Shown here piece after piece: positions 60,953-64,000 of a stretch of 64,000 bases of DNA. Source of the DNA: Actinomycetota bacterium (GTDB lineage Bacteria > Actinomycetota > AC-67). Position 1 is the stretch's first letter. Every line of letters starts with the position of its first letter. The DNA is taken from assembly GCA_036397035.1 (NCBI GenBank), contig DASWJS010000014.1, positions 36,014 through 100,013 on the forward strand, written 5' to 3'. Position numbers and translations under genes: made by a program. The notes below the pieces were generated by a model. It did not search any database and was not told where the DNA came from. It saw only the letters and a list, made by a program, of their open reading frames with translations.

Positions 60953-61942
60953 TCAGCCCGCGCGCAGCGCTTCCGCCGCCTCGCGGGCGAAGTAGGTCAG
61001 GACGATCCCGGCGCCCGCCCGCTTGATCGCGGTGAGGGACTCCAGCATCACGCTCCGCTCGTCGATCCAGCCGTTCGCCGCCGCGGCCTTCACCATCGCG
61101 TACTCGCCGCTCACCTGGTAGGCGGCGACCGGAACCTCGACCGCTTCGGCGACGGCTCGCACCACGTCGAGCGCGCTTCCCGCCGGTTTCACCATGACGA
61201 CGTCGGCTCCTTCGCCGGCGTCGAGCTGCGCCTCGCGCACGGCCTCGACCGCGTTCGCGACGTCCATCTGGTAGGAGGCGCGATCGCCGAACTGCGGGGC
61301 GCACTCGGCGGCGTCGCGGAACGGTCCGTAGAGCGCGCTGGCGAACTTCGCCGCGTAGGCCATGACCGCCGTCCGCTCGAAGCCCGCCTCGTCGAGCGCC
61401 GCGCGGATCTCCCCGACCTGGCCGTCCATCATCCCGCTCGGCGCGACCATGTGCGCGCCGGCGCGCGCCTGCGCGACCGCGATCGCGGCGTAGCGTTCGA
61501 GCGTCGCGTCGTTGTCCACGCGACCTTCCGCGTCGAGCACGCCGCAGTGTCCGTGATCGGTGTACTCGTCAAGGCAAAGGTCCGCGATGAGGACGACGTC
61601 GTCGCCGACCTCGGCCCGCGCCTCGCGCAGCGCGCGCTGCACGATCCCGTCCTCGGCGTCCGCTTGCGACCCGGCGGCGTCCTTGCGATCGGGAATGCCG
61701 AACAGGACCACGCCGGGGATCCCGGCCCCGGCCGCGGCCGCCAGCTCCTTGCGCAGCGAGTCGAGCGTGTGCTGCACCTGGCCGGGCATGGACGAGATCG
61801 GATGCGGCTCGGCGATGCCCTCCTTCACGAACAGCGGCAGCACGAGGTCGTCGATGCCGAGCGCCGTCTCGCGCGCGAGGCGTCGCATCGCCTCGGTCGC
61901 GCGAAGCCGCCGGGGCCTGGACGCGGGGAAGGAAGCCATCAT
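60953..61942 (-). CDS. hemB: delta-aminolevulinic acid dehydratase (porphobilinogen synthase)
   Basis: 329 aa from MMASFPASRPRRLR.. with active-site lysines (GADVVMVKP) and the Cys-rich metal site region (DLCLDEYTDHGHCG). Confidence 0.85.
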   Translation of the reverse strand: MMASFPASRPRRLRATEAMRRLARETALGIDDLVLPLFVKEGIAEPHPISSMPGQVQHTLDSLRKELAAAAGAGIPGVVLFGIPDRKDAAGSQADAEDGIVQRALREARAEVGDDVVLIADLCLDEYTDHGHCGVLDAEGRVDNDATLERYAAIAVAQARAGAHMVAPSGMMDGQVGEIRAALDEAGFERTAVMAYAAKFASALYGPFRDAAECAPQFGDRASYQMDVANAVEAVREAQLDAGEGADVVMVKPAGSALDVVRAVAEAVEVPVAAYQVSGEYAMVKAAAANGWIDERSVMLESLTAIKRAGAGIVLTYFAREAAEALRAG

Positions 61943-61950
61943 CGCCCAGC

Positions 61951-63483
61951 CTATCGGCGCCGGGCCGGGCGCGGCCCCACGAGGCCGACCACCGCGGCCG
62001 CGAGCGCGGGGATCGTGTGCGGGTCCGCGACCGCGTGTACCCGCAAGCCCGCCGCACGCGCGGCGCGCGCCGTCTCCGGCCCGATGCAGGCGATCTTCGA
62101 GCCGCGCCCCGGCTTCCCGCGCAGCGCGGCCATGAACGCGCGCACCGTGCCGCTGGAGGCGAACGTCAGCACGTCGATCTCGCCCGCCTGCACCGCGCGG
62201 CGCACCGCGGCCGGCATCGATCGAGCGCCGCGAATCCGGTAGGCGCTCGCGCGCGCGACGGTCCAGCCCTTCGCGCGCAACGCGTCGTCGAGCGCGCGCG
62301 GCGCTCCCGTCACGCGGACGAGGATCGCTCGGCCGGGTCCCTTCGGGAACGCGGCCGCGAGCGCCGCGGTCGTGAAGCTGGGCGGCACGAGGTCGGCCTT
62401 GACCCCGCACCGGGCAAGCTCCGACGCAGTGCCCGGTCCGACGGCCGCCACTCGCGCGCCCGCGAGCGAGCGCGCGTCGAGGCCTGCGGCCGCGAGCCGG
62501 CGCCAGAACGACCGCACGCCGTTGGCGCTGGTGAAGACCGCCCAGTCCGCCCGGCCGCCCGCGACGGCGACGATCCCCCGGTCGAGCGACGACCACGAAG
62601 CCGGCGCAAGCACCTCCAGCGCCGGCGCTTCCACGACCTCCGCGCCGAGCTCCAGGAGCGTTCCCGACAGCTCGGAGGCCTGCTCGCGGGACCGAGTCAC
62701 CAGCACCCGCCGCCCGGACAGAGGCCGGGTGTCCCAGCCCCCGATCACCGCCCGGAGGCCGGCGACGCGACCCACGACGATGACGGCGGGCGAGCGCAAT
62801 CCCGCGCGCGCGGCTCGATGCGCGATCGCCGACAGCGGGCCGGTCACCGTGCGCTGAGTCGGCAGCGTCGCGTCCTGCACGACCGCAACGGGCCGCGCGC
62901 GCGGCACGCCCGCGGCCATCAGCGAGGCGGCGACGTCGGTCAGCCGTTCGAGGCCCATCAGCACGACTGCGGTGTCCGCGGCCGCGATCGCGTCCCAATC
63001 GACCTCGCCGCGCGCGCCCGTGGCCGTCGCGACGACGACCGAAGACGCAAGCCCGCGATGCGTCACCGGGATCCCGGCCGCCGCGGGACCGGCGAATGCC
63101 GACGACACGCCGGGCACGACTTCGAACGGGATCCCGGCCCGCGCGAGCGCCTCGGCCTCCTCGCCGCCGCGCCCGAACACGAACGGGTCGCCGCCCTTGA
63201 GGCGCACGACCGTCCTGCCGGCGCGCGCGTGACGAATCAGCGCTCGCGCGATCGCGGCTTGCGCGCGGGCCGGCGCTCCCGGGCGCTTGCCGGCGTCGAT
63301 CACGAGCGCATCGGGACGAGCGGCCGCCAGGATCGATCCCGGGACCAGCCGGTCGTGGACGACGACGTCGGCGGCTCGAAGGAGCGCGTGTCCGCGAACG
63401 GTGATGAGCCCGCGGTCCCCCGGGCCCGCCCCCACCAGCGCGACCGACCCGGCCGCCGCCCCGCGCGCGCGACGGGTGTCCAT
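61951..63483 (-). CDS. cobA-hemD: uroporphyrinogen-III C-methyltransferase / uroporphyrinogen-III synthase fusion
   Basis: ~510 aa from MDTRRARG... The N-terminal SUMT domain has [18 protein letters not shown] and [18 protein letters not shown]. The C-terminal half is HemD-like. The N-terminal 106 codons of the track ORF are probably not translated. Confidence 0.8.
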   Translation of the reverse strand: MDTRRARGAAAGSVALVGAGPGDRGLITVRGHALLRAADVVVHDRLVPGSILAAARPDALVIDAGKRPGAPARAQAAIARALIRHARAGRTVVRLKGGDPFVFGRGGEEAEALARAGIPFEVVPGVSSAFAGPAAAGIPVTHRGLASSVVVATATGARGEVDWDAIAAADTAVVLMGLERLTDVAASLMAAGVPRARPVAVVQDATLPTQRTVTGPLSAIAHRAARAGLRSPAVIVVGRVAGLRAVIGGWDTRPLSGRRVLVTRSREQASELSGTLLELGAEVVEAPALEVLAPASWSSLDRGIVAVAGGRADWAVFTSANGVRSFWRRLAAAGLDARSLAGARVAAVGPGTASELARCGVKADLVPPSFTTAALAAAFPKGPGRAILVRVTGAPRALDDALRAKGWTVARASAYRIRGARSMPAAVRRAVQAGEIDVLTFASSGTVRAFMAALRGKPGRGSKIACIGPETARAARAAGLRVHAVADPHTIPALAAAVVGLVGPRPARRR

Positions 63484-63491
63484 GCCCGCGC

Positions 63492-64000
63492 TCACGCCTT
63501 GATCTCGGCGATGATCTCCTCGGCTCCCAGGGCGCGAAACCGCTCGGCAAGCTCGAGGCCGACCTTTTCCGGGTCGTCGCCCTCGATCTGGTCGCGCAGG
63601 ATCCGCTTGCCGTCCAGCGAGCCGATCAGCCCGCGCAGACGGATGCGCTCGCCGTCGGCCTCCGCGAGCGCGCCGAGCGGCAGCGAGCAGTCGCCGCCGA
63701 GCGCGACGCTGAACGATCGCTCGGCCTCGAACGCGGCGCGCGAGTCTGGGTCCTCCAGCTCGGCGAGCGCCGGCCGGAGCAGCTTGTCGCTCGCGCGGCA
63801 CTCGACCGCGAGCGCTCCCTGACCCGGCGCCGGCAGCATCACGTTGATCGGCAGGATCTCGCTGACGCGGTCGTCCTTGCCCAGCCTGCGCAGCCCCGCG
63901 AGCGCCACGACGATCGCGTGGACCTCCCCCGCCGAGAGCCGCCGCAGGCGCGTGTCGACGTTCCCGCGCAGCGGGGTGGGAACCAGCCCGCGCTCCAGCG
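63492..64000 (-). CDS. hemC: porphobilinogen deaminase (3' part; gene continues beyond window end)
   Basis: C-terminal region ..LPAPGQGALAVECRASD...ERSFSVALGGDCSLPLGALA.. is typical of HemC. The N-terminus lies outside the window. Confidence 0.75.
   Translation of the reverse strand, partial: LERGLVPTPLRGNVDTRLRRLSAGEVHAIVVALAGLRRLGKDDRVSEILPINVMLPAPGQGALAVECRASDKLLRPALAELEDPDSRAAFEAERSFSVALGGDCSLPLGALAEADGERIRLRGLIGSLDGKRILRDQIEGDDPEKVGLELAERFRALGAEEIIAEIKA

Overview
High-GC (about 70%) bacterial chromosome segment, most consistent with an actinobacterial or Thermoleophilia-like genome. Almost all genes are on the minus strand. Many adjacent genes share 4-nt ATGA or GTGA start/stop overlaps, which suggests translational coupling.

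Content in order:
(1) 1-9344: an 11-gene complex-I-like operon nuoA-B-C-D-H-I-J-K-L-M-N that lacks nuoE, nuoF and nuoG.
(2) 9345-14271: an accessory island of small same-strand genes dominated by toxin-antitoxin-like pairs (HicB/HicA, DUF4160/DUF2442, DUF6883/DUF4926, DUF433 with a DUF5615 remnant). It carries repeated cassette-boundary-like elements and a 23-bp perfect direct repeat.
(3) 14272-22226: a tightly coupled operon directly downstream of the second nuo operon. It encodes a polyprenyl synthetase, two GT2 glycosyltransferases, an ABC-2 exporter pair, two CDP-alcohol phosphatidyltransferases, a nucleotidyltransferase and a glycerol-1-phosphate dehydrogenase (G1PDH/EgsA-AraM family).
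(4) 22231-36743: a complete 14-gene nuoA-N operon.
(5) 36840-38143: a RES-Xre toxin-antitoxin pair, followed by a secreted beta-propeller protein and a geranylgeranyl-reductase-family flavoprotein.
(6) 41761-48228: a sulfation module. Three tandem paralogous sulfotransferase domains (one stand-alone gene plus a two-domain ORF) converge on a bifunctional ATP sulfurylase/APS kinase and an SLC13/TrkA-C anion transporter.
(7) 48236-53868: an LLM flavin oxidoreductase, cytochrome c biogenesis genes (resC/ccsB, resB, ccdA, resA) and a divergent second TlpA-like thioredoxin.
(8) 53957-58954: a perfect CRP-type palindrome (TGTGA-N6-TCACA) and a TATAAT box in front of an atypical Rieske/cytochrome b operon. 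The operon encodes a small membrane protein, a 2[4Fe-4S] ferredoxin, split cytochrome b6, subunit IV, a Tat-signal Rieske protein, a dihaem cytochrome c and a membrane protein.
(9) 58964-64000: a SpoU-family RNA methyltransferase and haem biosynthesis genes hemL, hemB, cobA-hemD fusion and hemC (partial).

I found no rRNA, tRNA, CRISPR array or transposase. Many long ORFs in the six-frame track are alternate-frame artefacts of the high GC content. Coordinates are taken from the ORF track for gene ends. Start codons were re-derived by hand and are approximate (plus or minus a few nt).
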